A DNA stretch of 64,000 nt from Acidobacteriota bacterium (GCA_040755995.1 JBFMAF010000013.1:757-64756), one strand, 5' to 3'. Shown: positions 18,407 to 28,877, counted from the first letter of the stretch. The notes: a model not told the origin generated them from the letters alone. Numbers and translations: made by a program.

Positions 18407-19847
18407 TTTGCTGTGGCCGCGCAGTTTGCGAGCCAGGTTGGTGGCTCTGCAGGTCGTTGTATTCGGGTGCATGCTCCTGTTCAGCGGTCCGTTCACGTAC
18501 CTGTTCATGCTTCAGACCCTCGATCGTGATTTCGACGACTACCTCTTGTTCCAGGCCAAAGAACTGGCAGCCGACTACAACCGGGGCGGCGGGGTGGATG
18601 AGCACGGCATCGGGATCCGGCCCTGTCCTTTGCCGCACGTCGGGCCTCGCTCGGTACACAGCCCCCGGCACCTTCTGATCTACGACGCTGCCGGACGCGG
18701 GCGAACCGTATGCAGTGATGGCGAAGAAGCGCCGCTGGGTATCCAGTCGGTGCTGGAGGCGTCGCGGAGCGGGTCCGCGGCTTTCGCGGACGTGCGGTGG
18801 TCGGGCGAGGTACTGCGCCTCGTGGCGTATCCATTCGAAGATCGGACCGGGCGGCGGCTGGTCATGGAGGTCGGATCATCGCACATCGTCATCGAAGGCA
18901 CACTCAGGAAAGGGCTATTCTTCATCCTGCTGATAGACGTGCTCGCGCTACCGCTGCTCGTCGCAGGCAGCTATCTGCTTGCGCGCGAAGCGTTCGCTCC
19001 GATACGACGGATCGTGCAGCAGGTGGAGCAGATTGACGAGGCGAACCTGGCCGAGCGGCTGCCGCATGGAGGGACCACCGACGAGGTCAACCGGCTGGTG
19101 GTGGTTATCAACCACATGTTGGGACGACTGGAGCGGGCCTTCGATGCGCAGCGGATATTCTCGAGTGATGTCTCCCACGAAATAAGGTCCCCATTGACGG
19201 CGCTGCGAGGCGAGATCGAAGTCGCGCTCAGGAAGGAGCGAACGGCGATCGAGTATCGTCGTGTTCTCGAAGGCAGTCTGGAAGAGGTCCTGCGTCTGAC
19301 CCGCCTCGCCGAGGACCTCATGAGCCTCGCCCAGGCAGATGCCGGCGTGTTCCAGATGAGGCTTGCCAGGGTGGATCTGCGGGAGCTGCTCGCGCAGATC
19401 GTGCGCCGATTCAAGACGCGGGCAGGCGAGAAGAACATCCGCCTCATCCTTCACGTTACCGAAGGGCTCTCGGTGCTCGGCGATCCCGATTGGCTGGGCA
19501 GGCTTGTCGAGAACCTCGTTGACAACGCGCTGATTCATGCGCCGCAAATGGGAGAGGTGAGTGTCGACGCGCGGAAGAGCGATCCGAGCTCCGAGCCTGA
19601 GCCGCATGCGCTCATCGCAGTCCGAGACACTGGGCCTGGAATCCCGGCCGAGCACCTACCGCATATCTTCGATCGTTTCTACCGGGCCGACCAGTCGAGG
19701 TCGCGGAGCCAGGGAGGCGCCGGGCTCGGCCTTGCCATCGCGAAGCAGATCGCCACGCTGCACGGAGGCAAGATAGAGGCCAGGAGCGCTGTAGGAGAAG
19801 GCAGCGAGTTCCTTGTGTGGCTACCCGTCGGGGGACCGAGAGCCTGA
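18390..19847 (+). CDS. sensor histidine kinase (two TM segments, periplasmic loop, HAMP, HisKA, HATPase_c)
   Basis: H-box SHEIRSPLTALRGEIEVAL. N/G boxes DTGPGIPAEHLPHIFDRFYRAD and GGAGLGLAIAK. The start codon TTG lies inside the heptamer repeat. Confidence 0.85.
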   Translation: MNLEPSLLWPRSLRARLVALQVVVFGCMLLFSGPFTYLFMLQTLDRDFDDYLLFQAKELAADYNRGGGVDEHGIGIRPCPLPHVGPRSVHSPRHLLIYDAAGRGRTVCSDGEEAPLGIQSVLEASRSGSAAFADVRWSGEVLRLVAYPFEDRTGRRLVMEVGSSHIVIEGTLRKGLFFILLIDVLALPLLVAGSYLLAREAFAPIRRIVQQVEQIDEANLAERLPHGGTTDEVNRLVVVINHMLGRLERAFDAQRIFSSDVSHEIRSPLTALRGEIEVALRKERTAIEYRRVLEGSLEEVLRLTRLAEDLMSLAQADAGVFQMRLARVDLRELLAQIVRRFKTRAGEKNIRLILHVTEGLSVLGDPDWLGRLVENLVDNALIHAPQMGEVSVDARKSDPSSEPEPHALIAVRDTGPGIPAEHLPHIFDRFYRADQSRSRSQGGAGLGLAIAKQIATLHGGKIEARSAVGEGSEFLVWLPVGGPRA

Positions 19848-19857
19848 GCCGTCGCCG

Positions 19858-19910
19858 CGCACTCTCCACTCTCTACTATTCTCCACCGGCTACGCGAGGC
19901 CGCGCCTCGC
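19858..19910. repeat. dispersed composite element copy (CTCTCCACTCTCTAC... + CGCGAGGCCGCGCCTCGC hairpin) between the convergent HK and mrcA genes
   Basis: Shares the GCGCACTCTC start and the hairpin with the copies at 1519 and 41309. Confidence 0.55.
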
Positions 19911-22210
19911 TAGAACATGTGCCGCGGGCAGAACTCGACGGGCTCGGTGCCCTCGATGAATGGCAGGATGTCGACCTGGTTGCACAGCGCAGTGGCGAGG
20001 TAGCCGGTCGTCGGATCGATCGCACGGAAGGCGATGCTGTCGGGGATGAAGAAGTCCTCCTCGCGGCTCCCGGCCAATGCCTTCGACATGAACTCCGTCC
20101 AGATCGGCACGGCGGCCTGCGCACCGGTCAGGCCCACGGGCGAGTTGTCGTCGAAGCCCACCCAGACGATTGCTACCAGTTGAGGGACGAACCCGGCGAA
20201 CCAGCAGTCGCGCATATCGTTTGAGGTGCCGGTCTTGCCGGCCGCAGGACGGCCGAAGCCCAATGACCTGATGGAAGCCGCCGTGCCCTGGTCTACGACG
20301 GCTTTCATAAGCTCGATGAGGAGATAGTCGACCTCCGGCGACATGGCTCTCTTGCGCTCGATCGTGGGTCTGCTCAGGACCTCGCCTGCTTCATCGCGGA
20401 TGCTCTCGATTCCATGGAGCCCGGCGCGGACGCCGCCGCCGGCGATCGTCGAGAACACCTCGGCCATTTCGATTGGAGCCACCTCGAAGCCGCCGAGCGA
20501 GATCGAGGGGTAAGCGGAGATCTTGGATGTGATGCCCATTCGGCGCGCCATCTGCACGACTTTGTCGAGGCCGGTTTCGAGCGCGAGCTTGGCAGTGGGG
20601 ACGTTGAGGGATTGCGTCAGGACGCGCTTGAGATTGACCTCGCCGTTGTAGCCTTCGAAGTTGGCCGGGGTCCATTCCTTGCCCCTGAACATGAACGTGG
20701 TCTGCTCGTCCATGAGGAGGCTGGCAGGAGTCCAGGTCGGGTCGGAGTCGCTCGCGAACGCCGCGGCGAAGACAACCGGCTTGAATGCGGAGCCCGGCTG
20801 CCTGTGCGCATCGGTTACCCGGTTGAACTGGCTCCCGCCGTAGTCGCGGCCGCCGACCATCGCTCGGATGGCGCCTGTGCGCGGGTCCACCGCGACCAGA
20901 CACCCTTCGAGCCGCCTCTTTCCAAACCGCTTCGAGTAGGTCTTCTGGAGTCTGTCGAGCGTCTCGCGAAGCGCGCGCTGCGCGATCTCCTGCATCGACG
21001 GGTCGATGGTGGTGAAGATCGAAAGATTCCTGGTCTGCAGCTCTTTCAGGTCGAAGCTGGTGCTGATGGTGCGGCGGATCCAGTCGGCGAAGTACGGGGC
21101 CTCGTTCACCTCTTTGCTCAGCGGCTCGATTCCCAGCGGCCGTGCCTTGGCCGGGGCCGCGAGGTCTTCGGAGATGTAGCCCTCCTCGGCCATCCGGTCC
21201 AGAACCCAGTTCCTCCGCTCGATCGCCTTCTCCGGGTACTTGTACGGCGAGTATGTGTTCGGCGCCCGGATGATTCCGGCGAGCAGCGCGCACTCGGAGA
21301 GCGACATGTCCGAGACGTTGCGGCGGAAGTAGATCCTCGCCGCTTTGGCGAAGCCGTTGATGCTGATCGCGCCGCGCTGGCCCAGGTAGATCTCGTTCAC
21401 GTACATCTCCATTATCTCCTGCTTGCTGGCGCGCCGCTCGAGGCACCACGCCATGAAGATCTCCTGAGCCTTCCTCTTGAGCGTCCTCTCGGGCGTGAGG
21501 AAGTAGTTCTTCACGAGCTGCTGGGTGATGGTGCTGCCGCCCTGGAGCGTGTCGCTGAAGAGGCTGGCAAAGAGCGCGCGGACCATGGCCAGCATGTCGA
21601 AGCCGGGGTGATCGAAGAACCGATGGTCTTCGGCGGCGAGTATCGCATTGACCAGGTTCTTGGGCATGCGGCTGAGCGGCACGACCTCGCGGTCCTCGCG
21701 CGAGCTCGGGTAGTACTCGGTGATGAGCTGAGGCTCGATCACCAGGGAGAACATGCGCGAGCCGTCGTGAATGTAGTTGATGTCGAGGATGCGGCCGCGG
21801 CTGAAGACGATTCGGACAGGGCCTTTGAGCTTCTGGATCGCCAGCGGGGGGAAGGCCCGCGGATAGACGTCGACGGCATTCTTCCTGAGGGCGTATTCAC
21901 CCTCGACAGACGGGTTGCCGGCGCTCACGCGGTAGTCGAGGTTGCGCAGGACTGCCAGGACCCGCTCCTGACTGAACGCCATCCCGGGCTGCAGTGCGTA
22001 GGGCTCGCCGTAGAGCTTGGAGCTGATGTCCCAGCGCGGTCCCGAGAGACGCTCCCCTATGACGGCACTGTAGCGACGTTCCAGGGCGACGATCCATGCG
22101 AACGACACTGCTCCAAGCAGAACACCTGCCGATGCGGCGACGATCAACGCCCGGTGCCGCTTCGGCAGCCTCAACCTCCCCCGCCGGCCTTCACCGCGTC
22201 TCCGTGTCAC
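19910..22210 (-). CDS. mrcA: penicillin-binding protein 1A (bifunctional transglycosylase/transpeptidase)
   Basis: Cytoplasmic RR-rich N-terminus plus a TM segment. GT51 motifs (EDHRFFDHPG, RQGGSTITQQ) and transpeptidase SxxK/SxN/KTG motifs (GSAFKP, KTGTSND). Confidence 0.9.
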   Translation of the reverse strand: MTRRRGEGRRGRLRLPKRHRALIVAASAGVLLGAVSFAWIVALERRYSAVIGERLSGPRWDISSKLYGEPYALQPGMAFSQERVLAVLRNLDYRVSAGNPSVEGEYALRKNAVDVYPRAFPPLAIQKLKGPVRIVFSRGRILDINYIHDGSRMFSLVIEPQLITEYYPSSREDREVVPLSRMPKNLVNAILAAEDHRFFDHPGFDMLAMVRALFASLFSDTLQGGSTITQQLVKNYFLTPERTLKRKAQEIFMAWCLERRASKQEIMEMYVNEIYLGQRGAISINGFAKAARIYFRRNVSDMSLSECALLAGIIRAPNTYSPYKYPEKAIERRNWVLDRMAEEGYISEDLAAPAKARPLGIEPLSKEVNEAPYFADWIRRTISTSFDLKELQTRNLSIFTTIDPSMQEIAQRALRETLDRLQKTYSKRFGKRRLEGCLVAVDPRTGAIRAMVGGRDYGGSQFNRVTDAHRQPGSAFKPVVFAAAFASDSDPTWTPASLLMDEQTTFMFRGKEWTPANFEGYNGEVNLKRVLTQSLNVPTAKLALETGLDKVVQMARRMGITSKISAYPSISLGGFEVAPIEMAEVFSTIAGGGVRAGLHGIESIRDEAGEVLSRPTIERKRAMSPEVDYLLIELMKAVVDQGTAASIRSLGFGRPAAGKTGTSNDMRDCWFAGFVPQLVAIVWVGFDDNSPVGLTGAQAAVPIWTEFMSKALAGSREEDFFIPDSIAFRAIDPTTGYLATALCNQVDILPFIEGTEPVEFCPRHMF

Positions 22211-22267
22211 CGTGTCACCGCGCCTGTCTGCGACTGAGCAAATCCGGTTGCTCTCTCTTCCGGCAGC

Positions 22268-24520
22268 TCAGTCTGACGGGGGCTTGAGGGTGTCGAGGTA
22301 GTCCGGTTTGACGAGAATCTCGCGGCTCTTGTTGGGGCCGGTCGACGGGCCGACGATCCCCTGCTCCTCCATGATATCTATCAGCCGCGCCGCGCGGTTG
22401 TAGCCCAGCTTCAGCCGGCGTTGGAGGTGCGAAGCGGACGCCTGACCGGAGCTCAGCACCAGCTCCACCGCCTGTCTGAACAGCTCATCCTGCACTTCGC
22501 CTCCGCCGCCTGCCTCGGTCTCCTCCTTGTCAAGGTCCTTGAGGAATGCGTGGTTGTAGCTCGGCTTGCCCTCTCTCCTGAGGAAGTTGGCGATCCTCAT
22601 CACCTCTTCTTCGCTGACGTAAGCGCCGTGGATGCGCTGCAGCCGGCTGGTGCCAGGAGCCAGGAAGAGCATGTCGCCGTCGCCGAGCAGGTGCTCTGCT
22701 CCGCCAGTGTCGAGGATCGTGCGCGAGTCCACCTTCTGGCTGACGCGGAACGAGATGCGTGCGGGCAGGTTGTTCTTGATCGTGCCGGTGATGACGTCGA
22801 CCGAAGGGCGCTGTGTCGCGAGAATCAGGTGAATGCCGACGGCCCGCGCCATCTGTGCCAGCCGCCCGATCTGGTGTTCGACCTCCTTCGGCATCTCCGC
22901 CATGAGGTCTGCGAGCTCGTCGATGACGATCACCAGGTACGGCAGCAGCTCGAACCGCTCATCCGGAAGATGCTTCGGCAGATCCTTGGTGTGGACCTTG
23001 TGATTGTACTGGTCGATGTTGCGCACCTGGGTGCGGAACAGGAGCTGCGTGCGCCGGTCCAGCTCTCGCTTGGCGTTCTTGAGCGCGATGACGGCCTTCC
23101 TCGGCTCGGTGATGACTTCACAATAGAGGTGCGGCATGTCTGCATACACGGTCAGCTCGACGCGCTTCGGGTCGATCAATATGAGCCGGACCTGTTCGGG
23201 TGTCGCCGAGTAAAGGAGCGAACAGATCATCGAGTGCAGCGAGACGGACTTGCCCATGCCGGTGGCGCCCGCGATGAGAAGGTGAGGCATCCGTGCCAGG
23301 TCGGCGACGAACGGCTCGCCCGTTGTGTTCTTTCCCAGGGCGAGCTTGAGCAGGGCGTGCGACCGCTGGTACTGCTGCGATGTCAGGATCTCGCGCAGGC
23401 ATATCCTCTCGCGCTTGACGTTGGGCACCTGGATGCCGACCGTCGACCGGCCTGCGATCTTGTCGATCATCACCGACTCGGCCTTCAACGCGAGCGAGAG
23501 ATCGTCGACCATACCCTGCATGCGGCTGTACTTCACCCCCGCACTCGCCTGGTACTCGAATGTCGTGATCACCGGTCCGGGGTGCATGTCCGTGACGGCA
23601 CCCTCGATCCCGAACTCGGCGAACTTCGATTGAATCACCTTGGCCTTCGCATGGAACTCGCGCTCGTCTACGGCGTTGTCAGGCGCTGGATTGTCGAGCA
23701 GCGATGGCGACGGCAACGTGAACCGCGACGTCGCGGGTCTGGGCTGGTCGGGGAACGGCAGCTCCTCCTGGACAGGGCGCTTGGGCGCGGCGGTCACAGC
23801 CGGTGCCCGCTCGGGCTGAGCGGGAAGAGCCGCAGCAGCCGATGGCGGCAGGGCAGGCGAGGACACGCGCGACGCGTGCTTCGCCAGGACCTCCTTCCTG
23901 AGCTGCGTGCGCTCGTGCCGATCCTTCAGAGCCCTGAGCCGCCCGGCGACAAGCTCGGCGAGACTCGAGAACGGCCGGAAGCACAGGCGCAGCATGTCGG
24001 GAAGCGAAAGGCGGGTCAGGAAGAGCATCGCGATCAGCGCGAGCGCCGCGCAGAGAAGAAGCCCGCCCCACGGGCTGAGCCGCGAAACCAGATACGTGCC
24101 CAACGCCTCTCCGAAGCCGCCTCCGAAAGACAGGTTGCGATACCGGTGGGCCGGCAGGAGAATGGCGAGCGCGGCGGCACCGACCGCCACGAGCACCAGC
24201 GCACCCGCAACGCGCGAGAGCACGCTGGTGGTGGGACGATGGAGCAGCAGGCGGAACCCAACGACAATGCCCAGAAGCGGCAGCAGAAACGAAGTGATGC
24301 CGAAGAGCTGCAGGAGCACGTCCGAGGCATAGGCACCTGCAACTCCAGCCTTGTTCTGCACCGACGGGGCCTCCGGCGACAGCCCCGTGCTGTTTAGCGA
24401 CGGATCGCTCGGGGCGTAGGTGAGGAGACTCAGGAGCAGAACCGTCGAGAGCGTGAGCATCAAGATCCCCTCGATCTCCATCACCCTCTTGTGCGCCCAG
24501 AAGGAACCCATGCTCATCAC
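22268..24520 (-). CDS. ftsK: DNA translocase FtsK/SpoIIIE
   Basis: N-terminal TM domain, proline-rich linker, motor Walker A (LIAGATGMGKSVSL), and a C-terminal gamma domain with a winged helix (ASHLQRRLKLGYNRAARLID). Confidence 0.9.
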   Translation of the reverse strand: MMSMGSFWAHKRVMEIEGILMLTLSTVLLLSLLTYAPSDPSLNSTGLSPEAPSVQNKAGVAGAYASDVLLQLFGITSFLLPLLGIVVGFRLLLHRPTTSVLSRVAGALVLVAVGAAALAILLPAHRYRNLSFGGGFGEALGTYLVSRLSPWGGLLLCAALALIAMLFLTRLSLPDMLRLCFRPFSSLAELVAGRLRALKDRHERTQLRKEVLAKHASRVSSPALPPSAAAALPAQPERAPAVTAAPKRPVQEELPFPDQPRPATSRFTLPSPSLLDNPAPDNAVDEREFHAKAKVIQSKFAEFGIEGAVTDMHPGPVITTFEYQASAGVKYSRMQGMVDDLSLALKAESVMIDKIAGRSTVGIQVPNVKRERICLREILTSQQYQRSHALLKLALGKNTTGEPFVADLARMPHLLIAGATGMGKSVSLHSMICSLLYSATPEQVRLILIDPKRVELTVYADMPHLYCEVITEPRKAVIALKNAKRELDRRTQLLFRTQVRNIDQYNHKVHTKDLPKHLPDERFELLPYLVIVIDELADLMAEMPKEVEHQIGRLAQMARAVGIHLILATQRPSVDVITGTIKNNLPARISFRVSQKVDSRTILDTGGAEHLLGDGDMLFLAPGTSRLQRIHGAYVSEEEVMRIANFLRREGKPSYNHAFLKDLDKEETEAGGGGEVQDELFRQAVELVLSSGQASASHLQRRLKLGYNRAARLIDIMEEQGIVGPSTGPNKSREILVKPDYLDTLKPPSD

Positions 24521-24682
24521 ATCTCAGCGAGGCGCGGCCTCAGACCGATGAACCATGGCAGGCTGCGTCGGCCGCACCTCGCGCAGTGAGTACAGAGTGG
24601 AGAGTGGCGGCGACGCACCGCTCCGAGAACTTGACTCAACCGCCACGTATTCCGCGCCTCAAGCCGGCTGTGCGGCAGTCCC

Positions 24683-24703
24683 CGAAATTCGAAATCCGAA
24701 ATC
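24683..24703. repeat. tandem heptamer (CGAAATT CGAAATC CGAAATC) immediately downstream of the rnj stop
   Basis: Direct reading. The heptamer is the same as at 2962-2996. Confidence 0.7.
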
Positions 24704-24715
24704 TCCATCGTCTGC

Positions 24716-26365
24716 CTAGACCTCCATGATCACCGGAATGATCATGGGCCTTTTCATGGTCCGCTTCGAGAGGAAGCGGCGGACTTCGCGCCTGAGTTTT
24801 TCTTTGACGGCCGCCCAGTCTTGTCTCTCTTCGAGCGGCAGCTCCGATATCACCGTGGCACAGACCTGCTGGGTGTCGTGGAGGACCCCGTCGTCCTCGA
24901 ACTCCAGAAACCCGCGTGCGATGACCTCCGGAGCGCCGCGCAGCGAGCCGTCTGTCTTGTTGATCGCCAGGACCAGGACCACGAAACCGTCGGCCGAGAG
25001 ATGCTTCCTGTCGGCCAGTATCGTCTCTTCAACCTCTCCGTAGCCGCTCACGTCGATGAACACTCGGCCGACGTCGATCTTGCCGGTGATGGCAGCCGAC
25101 TCGGGCGTGAGCGACACGACGTCGCCGGTCTCGGCGATAAGGATGTTTTCGTCCGGGATACCCACCTGCCGAGCCAGGTCCGCGTGCGCATAAAGCTGCC
25201 GGAATTCGCCGTGGATCGGGATGAAGTACCGTGGCATGACGATTCGGATGAGCAGCTTCAGCTCCTCCTGGCTCGCGTGTCCCGATACGTGGACATCGGC
25301 GACATCCTCATGGAACACTCTCGCTCCGCGCCGGACCATGCGGTTGATGACGCCGGAGACGCTTCTCTCGTTGCCCGGGATGATTCTGGCCGAAATGATG
25401 ACCGTGTCACCCGCGTCGACCTGAACGTAGCGATAATCCATCATGCTGATCCGGTTCATGGCCGAGAGGGCCTCGCCCTGGCTTCCCGTCGCCAGCACCA
25501 CGAGCTCCCCGGCTGGGATCTGCCGGATTTCCTCTCTGCGCACGAGCATTTCTTGCGGGACGGACAAGTAGCCCAGGCGGCCGCAGATGTCGAAAATCTC
25601 GATCATGGCCCGACCGAGCACGGCGAGTCTTCTGCCGTGCTTCGCAGCCAGCTCCACGATCTGCTGGATGCGAGAGAGACCTGTGGCGAAGCAGGTGACG
25701 AATATACGCCCGGTGGACGCGGCGAAGATCTCGTCCATGCGGCGGAGAATCGCGGACTCCGACGGCGTGTACCCCGGCTGCTCCGCGTTCGTGGAATCGG
25801 AGAGCAGCGCCAGGACGCCCTGTTCCGAGTACTGCGCGAGTCGCTGGAAGTCAATGCCCTCACCGCGGAAGGGTGTGGAATCGATCTTGAAGTCACCGCT
25901 GTGGACGACGTTGCCGGCCGGCGTCTTGATTGCCATCCCCATGGCGTCGGCCAGCGAATGCGAGACCTGAAGGAATTCGATCTCGAAACATCCCGCAGCG
26001 ATGATGTCTCTCGCCGACACAGCCACGCGTCTTCGACTCGCCTCCACTGCGTGCTCCGAGAGCTTCGATTCGATCAGCGCCATCGTTAGCGCCGACCCGT
26101 AGACCGGGGCGTCGATCTCTCTGAGGAGGTACGGCAAAGCTCCGGCGTGATCCTCGTGTGCGTGCGTGAGGAGGATAGCACGGATGCGGTCCCGGCTGTC
26201 GAACAGATAGCTGAAGTCGGGGATGATGACGTCGACCCCCGGCGCGCTTTCGTCAGGAAACATGAGCCCGGCATCGATCACGATGGCGTCATCACCACAC
26301 TCCATCACGGTGCAATTCATCCCGAACTCGCCGAGCCCGCCGAGCGGGACAATCTTGAGCTCCAT
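24716..26365 (-). CDS. rnj: ribonuclease J (metallo-beta-lactamase / beta-CASP family)
   Basis: MELKIVPLGGLGEFGMNC...HAHEDHAG beta-lactamase motif, beta-CASP and a C-terminal domain. 549 aa. Confidence 0.9.
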   Translation of the reverse strand: MELKIVPLGGLGEFGMNCTVMECGDDAIVIDAGLMFPDESAPGVDVIIPDFSYLFDSRDRIRAILLTHAHEDHAGALPYLLREIDAPVYGSALTMALIESKLSEHAVEASRRRVAVSARDIIAAGCFEIEFLQVSHSLADAMGMAIKTPAGNVVHSGDFKIDSTPFRGEGIDFQRLAQYSEQGVLALLSDSTNAEQPGYTPSESAILRRMDEIFAASTGRIFVTCFATGLSRIQQIVELAAKHGRRLAVLGRAMIEIFDICGRLGYLSVPQEMLVRREEIRQIPAGELVVLATGSQGEALSAMNRISMMDYRYVQVDAGDTVIISARIIPGNERSVSGVINRMVRRGARVFHEDVADVHVSGHASQEELKLLIRIVMPRYFIPIHGEFRQLYAHADLARQVGIPDENILIAETGDVVSLTPESAAITGKIDVGRVFIDVSGYGEVEETILADRKHLSADGFVVLVLAINKTDGSLRGAPEVIARGFLEFEDDGVLHDTQQVCATVISELPLEERQDWAAVKEKLRREVRRFLSKRTMKRPMIIPVIMEV

Positions 26366-26399
26366 CGGCGGAATTATAGCACAGCCCCGCAGACCGGCC

Positions 26400-26552
26400 C
26401 CGAGCAGTTGGCAGTTGACAGTTGGCAGTTGTCAGCGTAAAGATCCTTGCATGTGCGCCGTGTTGATAGAAATAGGGCAGTTGGGCGGCTCGGCACCGCC
26501 AGAGACTCCGCAGACCCCGAACTGCCAACTGGCAACTGGCGGCCGACAACTT
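26400..26552. repeat. inverted arrays of CAGTTGG-family heptamers flanking the rnj/rarA divergent intergenic region
   Basis: 26400-26434 reads GAGCAGT TGGCAGT TGACAGT TGGCAGT TGTCAGC. 26518-26552 reads the reverse-complement units GAACTGC CAACTGG CAACTGG CGGCCGA CAACTTC, about 85 bp apart. Confidence 0.7.
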
Positions 26553-26554
26553 CC

Positions 26555-27889
26555 ATGAGGAACGATCAACTCTCGTTGTTCGGCGAGGACAAGTCAGGCT
26601 CGCCGCTGGCCGAACGGATGCGACCTTGCGGCCTGGAGGAGTTCTGCGGGCAGGAGCATCTGCTCGGGCCGGGCCGGCTGCTGCGGGTGGCCATCGAGCG
26701 CGGCGACGCTTTCTCGATGATCTTCTGGGGGCCGCCGGGCACCGGGAAGACGACGCTCGCCTTCATCATCGCCAAACGCACGTCGTGTCGCTTCATACCG
26801 TTCTCCGCGGTGACCTCGGGCATCAAGGAGATCAAGGCGGTCATGGAGGAAGCCGAGTCGGAATGGAGAACACGCCAGCGGCGGTCCATGCTGTTCATCG
26901 ACGAGATCCATCGCTTCAACAAGGCACAGCAGGATGCGTTTCTGCCGTACGTCGAGCGCGGGCATATCGTGCTTGTCGGCGCCACCACCGAGAACCCCTC
27001 TTTCGAGATCAACTCCGCCTTACTTTCCCGCGTGAAGGTGCTGGTGCTGAATCCGCTGGCGGAGGCGGACGTACGGCGGATCGTGGAGCGGGCCCTGGAG
27101 TCCGAGAAGGGGCTGGGTCCGATGGAGCTGAGACTCGAACCGCCCGCGCTTGACTCGATTGTCGCGTTCGCGAATGGGGATGCTCGGGTGGCGCTGAACG
27201 CCATAGAGCTCGCAGCCGGACTGGTCGCAGACCGCGATCGCCTGATCACCATCGACATGGTCAAGACTGCGCTCCAGAAGAAGACCCTCCTGTATGACAA
27301 GGCGGGCGAGGAGCACTACAACCTGATCTCGGCGCTTCATAAGAGCCTCCGCAACTCCGACCCTCAGGCCGCGCTCTACTGGCTCGTGCGGATGGTCGAA
27401 GGAGGCGAGGACCCGCTCTACATCGCCCGCCGGATGGTAAGGTTCGCCGTGGAAGACGTTGGGCTGGCCGATCCGCGGGCTCTCGACGTCAGCCTCGCAG
27501 CTCGCGACGCATTCCACTTCCTGGGGCAGCCCGAAGGCAACCTGGCGCTGGCGCAGGCCGCGATCTACCTGGCGTCCTGCCCGAAGAGCAACTCAATCTA
27601 TAAAGCTTACGACGCGGTCACGGCCGACCTCGAAGGAGCGATCGCCGATCCAGCGCCGCTGCAGATCCGGAACGCACCGACGAGGTTGATGGACGAGCTG
27701 GGGTATGGCGAGGGCTACAAGTACGCGCATGAGGCTGCCGAGCGCATCACGGATCTGCAGTGCCTCCCCGATCGACTCCGGGACCGCATCTATTGGACAC
27801 CCATCAAGACCGGCTTCGAGAAGACTGTCGCCCAGCGCTTCGAGGAGTGGGAACGGCTGAAGAGGCAGTACCGGGAGAGAAAAGAGTAG
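26555..27889 (+). CDS. rarA: replication-associated recombination protein A (AAA+ ATPase RarA/MgsA)
   Basis: Walker A GPPGTGKTTLA. MgsA C-terminal helical domains. The stop TAG lies inside an AGAGTAG repeat. Confidence 0.9.
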   Translation: MRNDQLSLFGEDKSGSPLAERMRPCGLEEFCGQEHLLGPGRLLRVAIERGDAFSMIFWGPPGTGKTTLAFIIAKRTSCRFIPFSAVTSGIKEIKAVMEEAESEWRTRQRRSMLFIDEIHRFNKAQQDAFLPYVERGHIVLVGATTENPSFEINSALLSRVKVLVLNPLAEADVRRIVERALESEKGLGPMELRLEPPALDSIVAFANGDARVALNAIELAAGLVADRDRLITIDMVKTALQKKTLLYDKAGEEHYNLISALHKSLRNSDPQAALYWLVRMVEGGEDPLYIARRMVRFAVEDVGLADPRALDVSLAARDAFHFLGQPEGNLALAQAAIYLASCPKSNSIYKAYDAVTADLEGAIADPAPLQIRNAPTRLMDELGYGEGYKYAHEAAERITDLQCLPDRLRDRIYWTPIKTGFEKTVAQRFEEWERLKRQYRERKE

Positions 27890-27950
27890 AGAGTAGAGAG
27901 TGGAGAGTGGGCCGCTTGACATTGAGGCATGTCGGTCCTACATTTGAATT

Positions 27951-28568
27951 GTGATGAACAAACACTTGCAACAAGGTCGTCTCGCACGAGGAGCATGCTC
28001 GCATGTGAGCCTGCCGCTCCTATTGGCCGCAGCAGCGGCCCTCCTGATCGGCCCGTGCGGCATGCGCGCCCAGTCGCTGGCCGAGGTGGCCAAGGAGACG
28101 AAGAAGGCCGCGCAGACACAACCAGCGAAGCGGTCGTTCAACAACGACGACTTGCTGAATGTGCCGGAGGAGGGCGTTGACATGACGCACAAGTCAGGCC
28201 CTCGGGCGACGGTCGTGGTCACCTCGCCGGTGACGGCACCTGCCGCTCCGGCGCCTGAAGTGGAACCCAAGTCCCGCGGCCAGGACGAGTCCTATTGGAG
28301 GAGCCGGACAAGCCAGTTCGTCAAGGCCAAGGCCGATGCACAGGCGCGCGTGGACGAGCTGCAGAGCCAATTGAACATGCTCTACCCCGTCATGTGGGCG
28401 ACCGATGATCCCGCGCGGCGCGCCGAGTTGATGAACCAAGTCGACGCCAAGGAAAAGGCCATCGCCGCCGCCAGGCAGGCACTGGCGAAGGCCAACGAGG
28501 ATCTCGACAACCTGGCCGACGAAGCTCGCAGAGCCGGCGCCCTGCCGGGCTGGGTCCGTCACGACTGA
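27951..28568 (+). CDS. secreted hypothetical protein, paralog B (pairs with 7730-8323)
   Basis: Signal peptide. QSLAEVAKETKKAAQ...YWRSRTSQFVKAKADAQARVDELQ...NLADEARRAGALPGWVRHD is collinear with paralog A. Confidence 0.6.
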   Translation: MMNKHLQQGRLARGACSHVSLPLLLAAAAALLIGPCGMRAQSLAEVAKETKKAAQTQPAKRSFNNDDLLNVPEEGVDMTHKSGPRATVVVTSPVTAPAAPAPEVEPKSRGQDESYWRSRTSQFVKAKADAQARVDELQSQLNMLYPVMWATDDPARRAELMNQVDAKEKAIAAARQALAKANEDLDNLADEARRAGALPGWVRHD

Positions 28569-28877
28569 GGAACCCCGACGCGGAGACGCGGCGACACGGA
28601 GACGCGGTGATAAGGCCCGGGTCGCCTCTCCCCCTCACTGCGTCCTCTCGTCCGTCGCACAAGGCACGGGCTTGAACCACCGGCGAGCGAAGGCGCACGT
28701 CGAGTCCATCCCACGCCTCGATCACAACCTGTCGCGGCCTGCCTCAATTGCTTCACCGAGATTTGACACCCGCAAAGGCCGGGTCTATATTGAACTGCGC
28801 GCGTCCATGAGGCGAAACGACATGTTGCGATTGAGACAAGTTCTTGGAGCGATGGGTAATCGCCACAGGGGAGTCGG

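Noticed and set aside
24517-24708. 63-aa ORF between ftsK and rnj
   Set aside because: It lies entirely over the dispersed-repeat and heptamer-repeat DNA (24568-24703) and has no RBS or conservation signal.
20414-26089. Long plus-strand ORFs (20414-22237, 22421-24397, 24821-26089) antisense to mrcA, ftsK and rnj
   Set aside because: Their sense-strand partners are strongly conserved housekeeping proteins. The antisense translations are low-complexity R/A/G/D-rich and lack motifs.
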